Assembly (NCBI GenBank): GCA_934096755.1
Contig: CAKOMU010000001.1
Location: forward strand, 1-44,041
Direction: 5' to 3'
DNA length: 44,041 nt
From: an uncultured Bacilli bacterium
Lineage (GTDB): Bacteria > Bacillota_I > Bacilli_A > RF39 > UBA660
Shown here: piece by piece, positions 34,403 through 43,532 of the stretch
How positions within the stretch are numbered: the stretch's first letter is position 1
How the letters are laid out: the number at the start of each line of letters is the position of its first letter
Notes under the pieces: generated by a model
Databases searched by the model: none
Seen by the model: only the letters and a program-made list of their open reading frames with translations
Told to the model about the DNA's origin: nothing
Made by a program: the position numbers and the translations under genes

Positions 34403-35008
34403 ATGATCGAATATATATTACAAGCTTTGATGGAGTTTAGTTATTTAGGTCTGTTTTTATTAATCGTTATTGAAAATTTATTTCCTCCCATTCCTTGTGA
34501 AGTAATTTTACTTTTAGCAGGATTTTTGGCTACTAAGACTAATTTGTCACTATTATTTATGATTATTGTGGCTACATTGGGCTCTTTAGTTGGGGCACTA
34601 ATTTTGTATTACCTAGGTTATTTTCTAAATAGTTTTAACAAAAATAGACGGAAATTAAAAATAAAGGAAACAGACCTTAGTTTGGCAAATAGTTGGTTTC
34701 AAAAAAAAGGATATAAAGCGGTTTTTCTGTGTCGTTTTATTCCTATTGTGAGAAGTCTAATATCGATTCCAGCTGGTTTTAATAAGATGCCTTTATTAAT
34801 TTTTCTTATATATACTTTTGGAGGATCTATTATTTGGAATACCGTTTTGTTATGTGCAGGGTTTGTTCTTGGAGAAAATTGGAAATTAGCTTTAGTATTC
34901 TTGGATAGATATAAAAAAATAATTTTAATTTTACTTGTTGTATTAGTAGTTAAAAAAATAATAAAAAAATATAACCAAAATAAAATAATTGTTGTCAAAA
35001 AAATCTAG
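34403..35008 (+). CDS. DedA/SNARE-associated family membrane protein
   Basis: I prefer the start MIEYILQ (ATG 34403), which has SD GAGGT. ATG 34361 lies in the terminator hairpin of the upstream gene. Motifs are ENLFPPIPCEVILLLAGFLA and FLCRFIPIVRSLISIPAG. Confidence 0.8.
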   Translation: MIEYILQALMEFSYLGLFLLIVIENLFPPIPCEVILLLAGFLATKTNLSLLFMIIVATLGSLVGALILYYLGYFLNSFNKNRRKLKIKETDLSLANSWFQKKGYKAVFLCRFIPIVRSLISIPAGFNKMPLLIFLIYTFGGSIIWNTVLLCAGFVLGENWKLALVFLDRYKKIILILLVVLVVKKIIKKYNQNKIIVVKKI

Positions 35009-35056
35009 TTCTTTTGAATGATTCTTGGTATAATAATGGCGATGGGAAGTGAAGTA

Positions 35057-36319
35057 ATGGAAATATCATTATTGCCGGCAGATTGTTATATGATTATTAA
35101 AAAAAGTATAATAACTGATTTTGATAAGAAAATACTCATTTCTTTGTATGAACCAATTGTTGGTCATTTAGCAATTACATTGTATTTAACTTTGTTGAAT
35201 GATTTGGAAGAATATCAACAAGTTTCTAGAGATTTAACCCATCACCATTTGATGAGTTTATTAAAGTGTCCTTTAAATATTATTAAAGAAGCAAGAGAAG
35301 CTTTAGAAGGAGTGGGCCTTTTAAAAAGTTATGTTAAAACTGGCAATGTTAATAATTATATTTATGAAGTTTATTCTCCGTTAAGTCCTAATGAATTTTT
35401 TAATCACCCTATTTTAAATATTGTTTTGTATAATAATATTGGGGCTAAAGAATATGAGTATTTAAGAAAGATGTATCAAAAAATAAAAATTGATACAAAA
35501 GAATATAGAGAAATAACTAAAAATATGGATGATGTTTTTGATAGTTCCAATAGTATTTCAGCGATTGATACTATTGAAAAAAGTATTAATGAAATTACAG
35601 TCAGTGATAAAATTGATTTTGATTTAGTCATGGCTAGTATTCCTAAAGGAATTATTAATGAAAAAGCTCTTAATAAGAAGACCAAAGAATTAGTAAATGA
35701 GTTAGCCTATATTTATAAAATTGATACTTTAAAAATGATGGATTTGATTAGAACTGTTTTAAATGAATATGGAATGATTGATAAAAATAGTTTACGAATT
35801 GCAGCACGGAAGTTTTATCAATTTAATAATGGAGGATTACCAACCTTGATTTACCGTTCCCAACCAGAGTATTTAAAAACTCCGGATGGCGATAGTTCGA
35901 TGCGGGGTAAAATTATTAAAATGTTTGAAAGTATTAATCCAGTTGATTTTTTGTTTAATAAATATCATGGTGTTAAACCAACGAATCGTGATATCAAAAT
36001 TGTGGAAAGTTTAGTAATTGATTTAGAAATGCCACCGGCGGTCGTTAATGTCTTATTGGATTATGTTTTAAGAAAAAATAATAATAAATTATCTTTAAAT
36101 TATATTGAAACAATTGCTGGTCAATGGAAAAGAGCAGGACTTAAAAATGCTAAAGAAGCTATGGACTTTGCGGAAAAAGAAAATAATAGATTTACCAAAA
36201 AATTAAATTCTAAGAAAGAAACAAAAGAACCAGTGTGGTTTAATAAAGTCAGTGAAAAAGGAGAAATGACGAAAGAAGAACAAGAAGAATTAGAAAACTT
36301 ATTAAAGGAGTTTAAATAA
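35057..36319 (+). CDS. Replication initiation and membrane attachment protein (B. subtilis DnaB / DnaD-like family)
   Basis: It lies directly upstream of dnaI and is coupled to it (TAATG). The layout is DnaB_2/DnaD-type, with a C-terminal region IETIAGQWKRAGLKNAKEAMDF. A TGGTATAAT element at 35026-35034 argues against the earlier ATGs. Confidence 0.75.
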   Translation: MEISLLPADCYMIIKKSIITDFDKKILISLYEPIVGHLAITLYLTLLNDLEEYQQVSRDLTHHHLMSLLKCPLNIIKEAREALEGVGLLKSYVKTGNVNNYIYEVYSPLSPNEFFNHPILNIVLYNNIGAKEYEYLRKMYQKIKIDTKEYREITKNMDDVFDSSNSISAIDTIEKSINEITVSDKIDFDLVMASIPKGIINEKALNKKTKELVNELAYIYKIDTLKMMDLIRTVLNEYGMIDKNSLRIAARKFYQFNNGGLPTLIYRSQPEYLKTPDGDSSMRGKIIKMFESINPVDFLFNKYHGVKPTNRDIKIVESLVIDLEMPPAVVNVLLDYVLRKNNNKLSLNYIETIAGQWKRAGLKNAKEAMDFAEKENNRFTKKLNSKKETKEPVWFNKVSEKGEMTKEEQEELENLLKEFK

Positions 36320-37209
36320 TGGAAAAAGTAAAAATGACTTTGGATGAAAAGATAAAATTAGATTTAGAAAAAAATTTAGAAGAATCCTTAAAAAATGATG
36401 ATTTTTGTACTTTAATAAAAAGGTGTAAAATAAAGAAAAAAGATGCTTTAAATAATAATATGAAATTGTTAGATACGTTAGATGAATTAAATCATTGTAA
36501 AAACTGTCAAGGTCTTATGATGTGTAAAAATAAAGTGCAAGGGTATGTGTTTTATCCTAGTTATGAAATGGAATCTTTAAAGTTTGTTTATATGCCTTGT
36601 AAATATCAAAAAGAATTAGAGAAAAAAAGATTAGAAAAAGAGAGTAATTTGAAAGTACTTGATTATGCACGAATACGAGATATCGATGTAACTGATAAAA
36701 ATAGGGCAAAAGTTATTAAATGGTTAAAACAATTTTATGATAATTATGAAAAAGTGAATTCTTTAAAAGGATTATATTTACATGGTAATTTTGGGTGTGG
36801 AAAAACATATTTAATTTCGGCTTTTTTAAATGAATTACGAATAAACAAAAACGCTGTAGTAGAAGTAGTTTATTTTCCAGAATTATTGAGATCTTTAAAA
36901 GATAATTTTGATGATTTAGAAGATAAAATGAATTACTTACAAAATGTCGATATTTTATTAATAGATGATATAGGGGCAGAGAATGTGACAGCTTGGGGAA
37001 GAGATGAGATACTAGGAACGATACTACAATACCGTATGAATCATAAGTTAACGACTTTTTTTACCTCTAATTTTAATATTGAAGAATTAGAAAAACAATT
37101 GGCGATTGCTAAGGGTAGTGAAGATTTGGTTAAAGCAAGAAGAATAATTGAGAGAATTAAACAATTATGTGATGTGTTAGAAGTTATTAGTGTTAATCGT
37201 CGAAATTAA
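36319..37209 (+). CDS. dnaI: Primosomal protein DnaI (helicase loader)
   Basis: N-terminal Cys cluster (CKNCQG...C...C), Walker A GNFGCGKTYL, Walker B LLIDDIGAE and TFFTSN. Confidence 0.9.
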   Translation: MEKVKMTLDEKIKLDLEKNLEESLKNDDFCTLIKRCKIKKKDALNNNMKLLDTLDELNHCKNCQGLMMCKNKVQGYVFYPSYEMESLKFVYMPCKYQKELEKKRLEKESNLKVLDYARIRDIDVTDKNRAKVIKWLKQFYDNYEKVNSLKGLYLHGNFGCGKTYLISAFLNELRINKNAVVEVVYFPELLRSLKDNFDDLEDKMNYLQNVDILLIDDIGAENVTAWGRDEILGTILQYRMNHKLTTFFTSNFNIEELEKQLAIAKGSEDLVKARRIIERIKQLCDVLEVISVNRRN

Positions 37210-37272
37210 AAAAAATTGCTTTTTAAATTATTGAATTTATGGTATTATAGATTTGATGATAGGGTGATTAGA

Positions 37273-38133
37273 GTGAAAAAAATTGAACCGTTATTAAAAG
37301 AAGAAGTGGAAACATTTGGCTTTTTACAACAAGAAAATAAGATGCCAACTAGTAAAGGTACTAATAAAAAGGCTTATATTATCACGGGAATATTAGCTGT
37401 GATAGTATTATTGCTGACTTATAAATTTGTGTATGCTTTTTATATGGGCTTTAAATATTTTGATGATGCTCATGTTAAAAATAGTGAACCAAGTGGAGAG
37501 AAAGTTAAGGATGAGCAAGAAATTTCTTTGAATTCGGTGGTATTAAATGACACTTATGGAAAGATTAATGTTTCTAGAGGAAATTTGGCTTTAAATATTT
37601 ATAATGGCAATGCTATTACTAAAGATAATATTACAGATAGTGTACGTTTAGGTATCTTATTTAAAACTTTGGGATTGGATTGTGATAATTTAAATATTAG
37701 TGTTTCGTATGAAGCTTTAGTGGCAGAAGATAAAAAAATATTTGGAAATGATGAAGGTTTAGAAAGTTTACAAAATGCAGTGACATTTACAATTGATGAA
37801 TATAATATTACTTATGATGAAGCGACAAACTTATATAATGTTTCGATGAATGTTTGTGATGACAATAATTTTATTGTTAAAAATATTTCTAAGGCTACGA
37901 CGAGTGGAGAAGATCTTTATATATATGAATATTTTGGCTATTTTGTGAATAATGGTGATAATACTTATAATGTTTATGGTGATAGTTTGCAAACAGGTAA
38001 TGTTATTACTACTTTTATAGATAACGATGGACAAAGACATTATGGCAATATAGGTATTCTGGCAACATATAAATGGACATATAAAAAGAGTAACGATAAT
38101 AATTATTATTTTTCATCAGTTACTCGTCAGTGA
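37273..38133 (+). CDS. Membrane-anchored protein of unknown function
   Basis: The TM is AYIITGILAVIVLLLTYKFVYAF. I prefer GTG 37273 (SD AGGGTGA) or ATG 37342. The track start at 37216 lies upstream of or within a TGGTATTAT -10-like element. Confidence 0.55.
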   Translation: MKKIEPLLKEEVETFGFLQQENKMPTSKGTNKKAYIITGILAVIVLLLTYKFVYAFYMGFKYFDDAHVKNSEPSGEKVKDEQEISLNSVVLNDTYGKINVSRGNLALNIYNGNAITKDNITDSVRLGILFKTLGLDCDNLNISVSYEALVAEDKKIFGNDEGLESLQNAVTFTIDEYNITYDEATNLYNVSMNVCDDNNFIVKNISKATTSGEDLYIYEYFGYFVNNGDNTYNVYGDSLQTGNVITTFIDNDGQRHYGNIGILATYKWTYKKSNDNNYYFSSVTRQ

Positions 38134-38449
38134 TTTTAATTATTTGTTTCCAAAATAAAGTGAGATTATTAAGATAGATAAGTTTATTGATTTTATCTAT
38201 CTTTTTTATTTGTCCTTGAGTGTTTAGAATAAAACCATTTTTATAATAAGCAATGTTAATTGTATTTTTTAAGTAGTAAGATTCCATGATTTTATTTTCA
38301 ATATTTAGTAGTTCTTCTTCGCTCATAGTAGGTTTAGCAATTTTGCTTTTTTCTTTAATAATTGAATTTAGTACCATTTTATTACTGATAACAGAATTAA
38401 ATGGTTGCCATTTAATCATACCACGGTCAACTTTATTCATGGTGACCAC
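38120..38449 (-). CDS. YolD-like protein
   Basis: RGMIKWQPFNSV motif. It is about 109 aa, and its start overlaps the end of the upstream Y-family polymerase gene, as in uvrX-yolD type pairs. Confidence 0.6.
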   Translation of the reverse strand: MVTMNKVDRGMIKWQPFNSVISNKMVLNSIIKEKSKIAKPTMSEEELLNIENKIMESYYLKNTINIAYYKNGFILNTQGQIKKIDKINKLIYLNNLTLFWKQIIKITDE

Positions 38450-39695
38450 CGATTTTTTGATTTCTTTCTATTGCGGTGGAATCTTCTAAAAGATTAGAAG
38501 CTTTGATAAGACTATTTTTGCCAAAACGAGCTTTAATATCATCGATGACTTGTGATGAATGATTATTGTTATTTTCTTCTTGTAATTCTGTAAATAAATT
38601 TAGTTGAATTCCTTGTTTTTTGACTAAACCACCACAAGAAATAGATACTTTACGAATTGGTTTTTGAGTGTAATAGCGATCAAATATTAAATAACACATA
38701 TCGGTTAGTTCTTTGGTATTATCGGTAGGATTAGCTAGTTTTAAAGAATGATAGAAGCCTCCGGAAATAGTCTTGGAATAACCGATGCCAAAACCTAAAA
38801 TAGTTGTTTGCATATTGTTGTTGCGTAAGCGGGCAGTGATTACTTCAATCATCTCATTAATAATTAATTTGATATTATTTTCATTGTAATCTTTAAATAG
38901 AACTTGAGAATGACTATATGATTTGTCTTTGGGTTGAATTTTAAAGTCACTGATACGGCTTAAATCAATGCCATTAGCATGATTCCATAATTCTTTACCC
39001 ATAATGCCAAATTTATCTTTTAATTTGTTAGCATCATAATGGGCAAGGTCATAGATACTATAAATATTGAGATTATTTAACTTTTTTTCCATACGGGGGC
39101 CAATTCCCCACATTTTGGAAAGAGGAGTGATTGGCCATAACTTGTTGGGGATATCTTCATATGTCCATTTAGCAATACCATCTTTATATTTTTTGGCTTC
39201 AGTGTCCATGGCAATTTTAGCTAGTAACATATTAGGCCCAATGCCACAGGTTGCTGTTAGACCAGTTTTCTTTGTAATGGTTTTTAAAATTTCTTGAGCT
39301 AGTTCATAGTCTGTTTTTTTATATAATTTTAAATAGTCGGTAACGTCTAGAAAGCACTCATCGATGGAGTAGATATGTAAATCTTCTGGGGCTACAAAAT
39401 CAAGGTAAATACTTACAACTTCTTTACTTTTAGTAATGTATAATTTCATACGAGGGGGGACAATCATATATTTAATTTGTTTAGGAATGTCATAAAGACG
39501 AACTCGAGAAGGAACCCCTTGGTTTTTTAAAGCCGGAGTGACTGCTAATGTAATGGCACCATTACCTTGCTTTTTGTTGGCTACTACTAAAGGAACTTCA
39601 AAAGGATTAAGGCCTCGCTCGATACATTCACAGGAAGCAAAAAAACTTTTTAAATCGATACACATAATATTTCTATGGGAATATAAATCAGTCAT
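38433..39695 (-). CDS. Y-family (UmuC/UvrX/DinB-like) translesion DNA polymerase
   Basis: IMCIDLKSFFASCECIERGLNP, YSIDECFLDVT and GIGPNMLLAKIAMD motifs. SD GGAGATG lies upstream. Confidence 0.88.
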   Translation of the reverse strand: MTDLYSHRNIMCIDLKSFFASCECIERGLNPFEVPLVVANKKQGNGAITLAVTPALKNQGVPSRVRLYDIPKQIKYMIVPPRMKLYITKSKEVVSIYLDFVAPEDLHIYSIDECFLDVTDYLKLYKKTDYELAQEILKTITKKTGLTATCGIGPNMLLAKIAMDTEAKKYKDGIAKWTYEDIPNKLWPITPLSKMWGIGPRMEKKLNNLNIYSIYDLAHYDANKLKDKFGIMGKELWNHANGIDLSRISDFKIQPKDKSYSHSQVLFKDYNENNIKLIINEMIEVITARLRNNNMQTTILGFGIGYSKTISGGFYHSLKLANPTDNTKELTDMCYLIFDRYYTQKPIRKVSISCGGLVKKQGIQLNLFTELQEENNNNHSSQVIDDIKARFGKNSLIKASNLLEDSTAIERNQKIGGHHE

Positions 39696-39707
39696 TATAT
39701 CATCTCC

Positions 39708-39719
39708 AAACGTTTGTTT
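39708..39719 (-). promoter_or_regulatory. Degenerate LexA (Cheo) box
   Basis: The minus strand reads AAAC-AAAC-GTTT, which is AAC-N4-GTT with symmetric G-to-A and C-to-T changes relative to GAAC-N4-GTTC. It starts 8 nt downstream of the -10 box and lies just upstream of the SD. Confidence 0.4.
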
Positions 39720-39726
39720 TATAAAT

Positions 39727-39755
39727 ATTATAAGCTAGTCTTATTATTTTTACAA
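39727..39755 (-). promoter_or_regulatory. Promoter of the polymerase-yolD operon
   Basis: On the minus strand: TTGTAA (39755-39750), a 17-nt spacer, then TATAAT (39732-39727). Confidence 0.6.
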
Positions 39756-40052
39756 TTCCTATTTTTGGTAGATTTAAAAATGATTACAAAGTTTATCTGC
39801 TGATATGTGATAATAGTTGTTAAAGTCAATATAAAAATGTATAAAGACTTAGTTTAGGAATTTTTTTGCTTAGTTTTTATCATGATAATGACTGATAGTG
39901 GTATTTATCAGGAGAGTTATGAAAATGTTTGGTCTTTAGATGGATATTTGCATAAAAAATTGGATATACTTTACTTTAAATAAAAATAAAAAAGTGTTAA
40001 GCTAAATATAGAAGTATATTAGAAAATTTAATTGAGTTAATAAGAGGTTAAT

Positions 40053-41044
40053 ATGTGGAAGATTGATGAAATAAAACAAAAACAAGAATATGTTAGAGAA
40101 AGATTAAATAATTGTAATGATCCAAAAGAAAAAGAAAAGCTGGGGTTAAGTTTGCTTGCATATAATTCTTTATTAGATAAGTTAACGAATAATAATTTTA
40201 GATCTCAAAAAGAAGCAGATTTATGGCAATTAGAAGCAAAGTTGATGGTGGGTGATGAAACTTTTTTAAGCGATGAATATTTAAAACTTTTGCTTTTATT
40301 GTGTAATAATATTTTAGAAAAAAAAGTGCCAGAATTAGATAAAGATTCCTTTACTTCTATGAGAGTGTCAAAAGAATCTTTAATAAATTTATCAAAAAAA
40401 TTTTATGCTTCTTTGCATGATAAGGAAATATTGGATTTATCAAATAAACTGTTTAATGATGAATCTTCCATAAACTTTTCAAATGTTGCTAGAAGAGGTA
40501 TGGCTAATTGTAGTGGTTTAACTTTTAATGACTATGTTTTTGATAAAACTTACATAAACGTGACTAGACAGAATAATATTTGTGATTATCAAGTATTTAA
40601 TCATGAAATTATGCATAAAATAGATTATTTGTTTATAGATTTTCTTGAAGAAATTGGTTTTCCTACTCGTGAAGTTCAAATATAAAAAAAACAAAAAGAC
40701 AATTATTTATATTCATTAGCATCTATAACACAAATTCAAATTAAAACACAATTGATAAGTTCATCTGGTTTTAAGAATAGTGTCAATCCAACGATTGAAC
40801 AAATTAGAAAAATATTAAGTCCATATTTAAAAAACAATTATTAGAGATACAGTCAGGTGTAATGGCTTATGGATTAAAAGAACAAATTAAAGCTAATAAA
40901 CAAAAGGGGATTTTATATTTAAAAGAATTTATGAGGAGTATTATACCTAAGAATCAAACTCCTGATTTTTCATATATTGGTTTAACCAATGATAAATTAT
41001 TGCAAAATGAAAATAATATGAGCATTAGAGGAAAAAATAACTAA
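40053..41044 (+). pseudogene. HExxH metallopeptidase-like gene disrupted by an in-frame stop and a frameshift
   Basis: The ORF at 40053-40685 carries NHEIMHKIDY (HExxH). It stops at TAA 40683-40685, but the same frame stays open to TAG 40842-40844. The frame of ORF 40862-41044 is open from 40820, and it joins if the A6 run at 40829-40834 were A7 (...SPYLKKQLLEIQSGVMAYG...). Confidence 0.6.
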
Positions 41045-41094
41045 CCAACTTTAATTAATTTATACTATATTAATGAAAGGAATTGATATAAATT

Positions 41095-41568
41095 ATGAAT
41101 AAAATTTATGATGAATATTATTATAAAATATATAATTGGGCGATCAAAAAAACTAATAATAAAGAAGATGCTGAAGATTTAACCAATAATGTTTTTCTAT
41201 CTATCTTTGAATATCTTAATAAAAATGTTAATGTGGAAAAATTAGAAAATTTAATATGGAAAATTGCTTATAATTTATGGTGCACCAAAGCCAAAAAATA
41301 TATTAAAGAAAAAAACAATGTAACTTTTGATGAAATATATCAAGAAGGATATGAGACTGATATGATAGATAAAATTATATATAAGGAAATAATTGTTAAT
41401 TTAGATAATATTGGCTTAACAGAAAATGAAAAGAAAACGTTCCAATTGTATTATATTAATGACCTTTCAATCAAAGAAATTAGTAATTATGTAAATAACA
41501 AGGAATCTAATATAAAATATTATTTATATAATGCTAGAAAGAAAATAAAGGAGAGATATTATGAATAG
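41095..41568 (+). CDS. ECF-type sigma-70 family RNA polymerase sigma factor
   Basis: Region 2-like DAEDLTNNVFLSIFEYL, and region 4 HTH LTENEKKTFQLYYINDLSIKEISNYVNNKESNIKYYLYNARKKI. The protein is 157 aa. Confidence 0.8.
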   Translation: MNKIYDEYYYKIYNWAIKKTNNKEDAEDLTNNVFLSIFEYLNKNVNVEKLENLIWKIAYNLWCTKAKKYIKEKNNVTFDEIYQEGYETDMIDKIIYKEIIVNLDNIGLTENEKKTFQLYYINDLSIKEISNYVNNKESNIKYYLYNARKKIKERYYE

Positions 41569-42259
41569 TTTAAATTTAGAAAAATATTTGGACATTGTAA
41601 ATGAAGAAAAAATTAAAAGAGGATTAGATAATTACTTGCCCCTTTATCCTATGTTAAGAAATTGTGATGGAAAATTGTATGTTTGTGTGGTTTTAACTAA
41701 CAAAGAGAAAAATGTATGGGAAATAGATGGTAATACCAAACCAGAGTATTGGATTTTAATTGATATAGAAAATGAGAATATTGTAGAATTTAATAAAACA
41801 GTAGATAAGGATTTTGTTAAAGGTAATTTAATAGCTAAAAACAGTAATAACAAGCAAAGCGAAATTTCAAAATATACTGTGGAAAAAGTCTTGCAATATA
41901 AGAATTATCTTATTGAAGATATAAAAAATGAAAAATTGCCTTTACAAAAAAAATTATCATCTATATTAGGTGATGAAATGGAAATTAATGGTGAAGTAGT
42001 AAATATAAATGATTATTTATTATCAAATTTAGAAGAAGATATTAAAGCCAAAATAAACGATTTAGTGGATATTCTTATTCATTCTAAATATGGTTCGATA
42101 ACATTTTATTACGATAATTTATTTAAACAAATTATATCTAATTATAAAAACTCTAAAATCATTGATAGTGATAAAATGAAATTATGTATTGAAATAATGA
42201 ATGATTACTACGATGGAGTTGTAGGTATAGATAATATATTTAATGTTAAAGAGAGTTAA
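41561..42259 (+). CDS. Hypothetical soluble protein co-translated with the sigma factor (candidate atypical anti-sigma or partner)
   Basis: It overlaps the sigma gene by 8 nt (ATGAATAG). The protein is 232 aa with no TM segment and no HxxxCxxC zinc anti-sigma motif. Confidence 0.55.
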   Translation: MNSLNLEKYLDIVNEEKIKRGLDNYLPLYPMLRNCDGKLYVCVVLTNKEKNVWEIDGNTKPEYWILIDIENENIVEFNKTVDKDFVKGNLIAKNSNNKQSEISKYTVEKVLQYKNYLIEDIKNEKLPLQKKLSSILGDEMEINGEVVNINDYLLSNLEEDIKAKINDLVDILIHSKYGSITFYYDNLFKQIISNYKNSKIIDSDKMKLCIEIMNDYYDGVVGIDNIFNVKES

Positions 42260-42346
42260 TTTACAAATGAATTGAGATTTTGTTTAGATGTTGAAAAATA
42301 AAAAATACTTTGTTATGATAAAGATGATTTAGAAAGAAGGATGATT

Positions 42347-43243
42347 ATGATTATTGGTTCTCATGTTAGCTTTAAACAAGATCAGTTATTAGGAAGTGTA
42401 AAACAAGCTTTAGCTTATGGGGCAAATACATTCATGTTTTATACGGGGGCTCCTCAAAATACAGTGCGTAAGCCAATTGATTCTAATCTTACTTTCGAAG
42501 CCTTGGAGTTGATGGAACAAAATGGCATTGATATTAAAAATGTTATTTGTCATGCTCCTTATATCGTTAATTTAGCTAATAGAGAAAAAGAAGATGCTTG
42601 GAATTTTTCTTGTAGTTTTTTGAAACAAGAGCTTAGTCGTATAAGTGAAATGCATGTTCGTTATATGGTCTTACATCCTGGTAATAGTTTAAAACTTGAG
42701 CGAACACAAGCATTACAAAATATTAGTGCTGCTTTAAATTTTATTATTGATGAAGAAACAGAACCAATGATTTTATTAGAAACTATGGCTGGTAAAGGTA
42801 CTGAATGTGGGGTTAATTTAGAAGAAATTAAATTTATTTTAGATCATGTTCAAAGGCCAGAGAAGGTAGGTGTGTGTCTAGATACTTGCCATTTAAATGA
42901 TGCTGGTGTAGATATCAAATATTTTGATGATTATTTAGAGAAATTTGATAAAGTAATTGGCATTGATAAAATTAAATGTGTACATTTAAATGACAGTAAG
43001 AATGAAAGAGGAAGTCATAAAGATCGACATGCTAATATTGGTTATGGTACGATTGGTTTTGAAAATTTAATACATGTCGCTTATATGGACAAATTAAAAG
43101 ATGTTCCTAAAATTTTAGAAACACCATGGGTTTTGGAATATCCGCCATATAAATTGGAAATTTCCATGATTCGTAATAAAGAGTTTATTCCTAATTTAGA
43201 AGAACAACTAGAAAATCTTTATAGAAATGATCCAAATTTTTGA
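42347..43243 (+). CDS. nfo: Deoxyribonuclease IV (endonuclease IV)
   Basis: IGSHVS, HAPYIVNLA, HPG, CLDTCH and HLNDSK metal-ligand motifs. ATG 42347 is better spaced from GAAGGA than ATG 42341. Confidence 0.92.
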   Translation: MIIGSHVSFKQDQLLGSVKQALAYGANTFMFYTGAPQNTVRKPIDSNLTFEALELMEQNGIDIKNVICHAPYIVNLANREKEDAWNFSCSFLKQELSRISEMHVRYMVLHPGNSLKLERTQALQNISAALNFIIDEETEPMILLETMAGKGTECGVNLEEIKFILDHVQRPEKVGVCLDTCHLNDAGVDIKYFDDYLEKFDKVIGIDKIKCVHLNDSKNERGSHKDRHANIGYGTIGFENLIHVAYMDKLKDVPKILETPWVLEYPPYKLEISMIRNKEFIPNLEEQLENLYRNDPNF

Positions 43244-43488
43244 TAATATTCATTAAATACTTGTTTGATTTTTTCAAAGTTTTCTTTTGAATAATGATTT
43301 TGATAACGATTTAAATCAAAGAGATTAGGATTTTTTAAAACATCATACCAATTCTTTTTGATAAAATTATAAGTAAAATCGATTTCTTGGGGGCTTAAAT
43401 TAGCTCCCTTTTTTTGAGCAAAAGTATTGATATCATCTTTAGTAAGTTTATTTATATATCGTTCTATTATATTAAACATAATAATCAC
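43219..43488 (-). CDS. Small DUF2624/YqfT-like protein
   Basis: An 89-aa helical protein convergent with nfo. A small yqfT gene sits next to nfo (yqfS) in B. subtilis, as far as I recall. Confidence 0.4.
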   Translation of the reverse strand: MIIMFNIIERYINKLTKDDINTFAQKKGANLSPQEIDFTYNFIKKNWYDVLKNPNLFDLNRYQNHYSKENFEKIKQVFNEYYQKFGSFL

Positions 43489-43532
43489 CCAGTATATTGT
43501 ATGAAAAGATAGAAAAAAGAAATACTAAAAAT

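Noticed and set aside
34340-34405. Read-through fusion of the MucBP protein with the downstream DedA ORF (same reading frame)
   Set aside because: A terminator hairpin and a separate SD/ATG at 34403 lie between them. Frame identity has a one-in-three chance expectation, and the DedA N-terminus is not a sorting signal.
39882-39983. 33-aa ORF MIMTDSGIYQESYENVWSLDGYLHKKLDILYFK upstream of the peptidase pseudogene
   Set aside because: It has no SD and is hydrophilic with no motif. It is likely a gene remnant or a chance ORF. The 6-codon ORF with an AGGAGAG SD inside it (MKMFGL) is too short to support.
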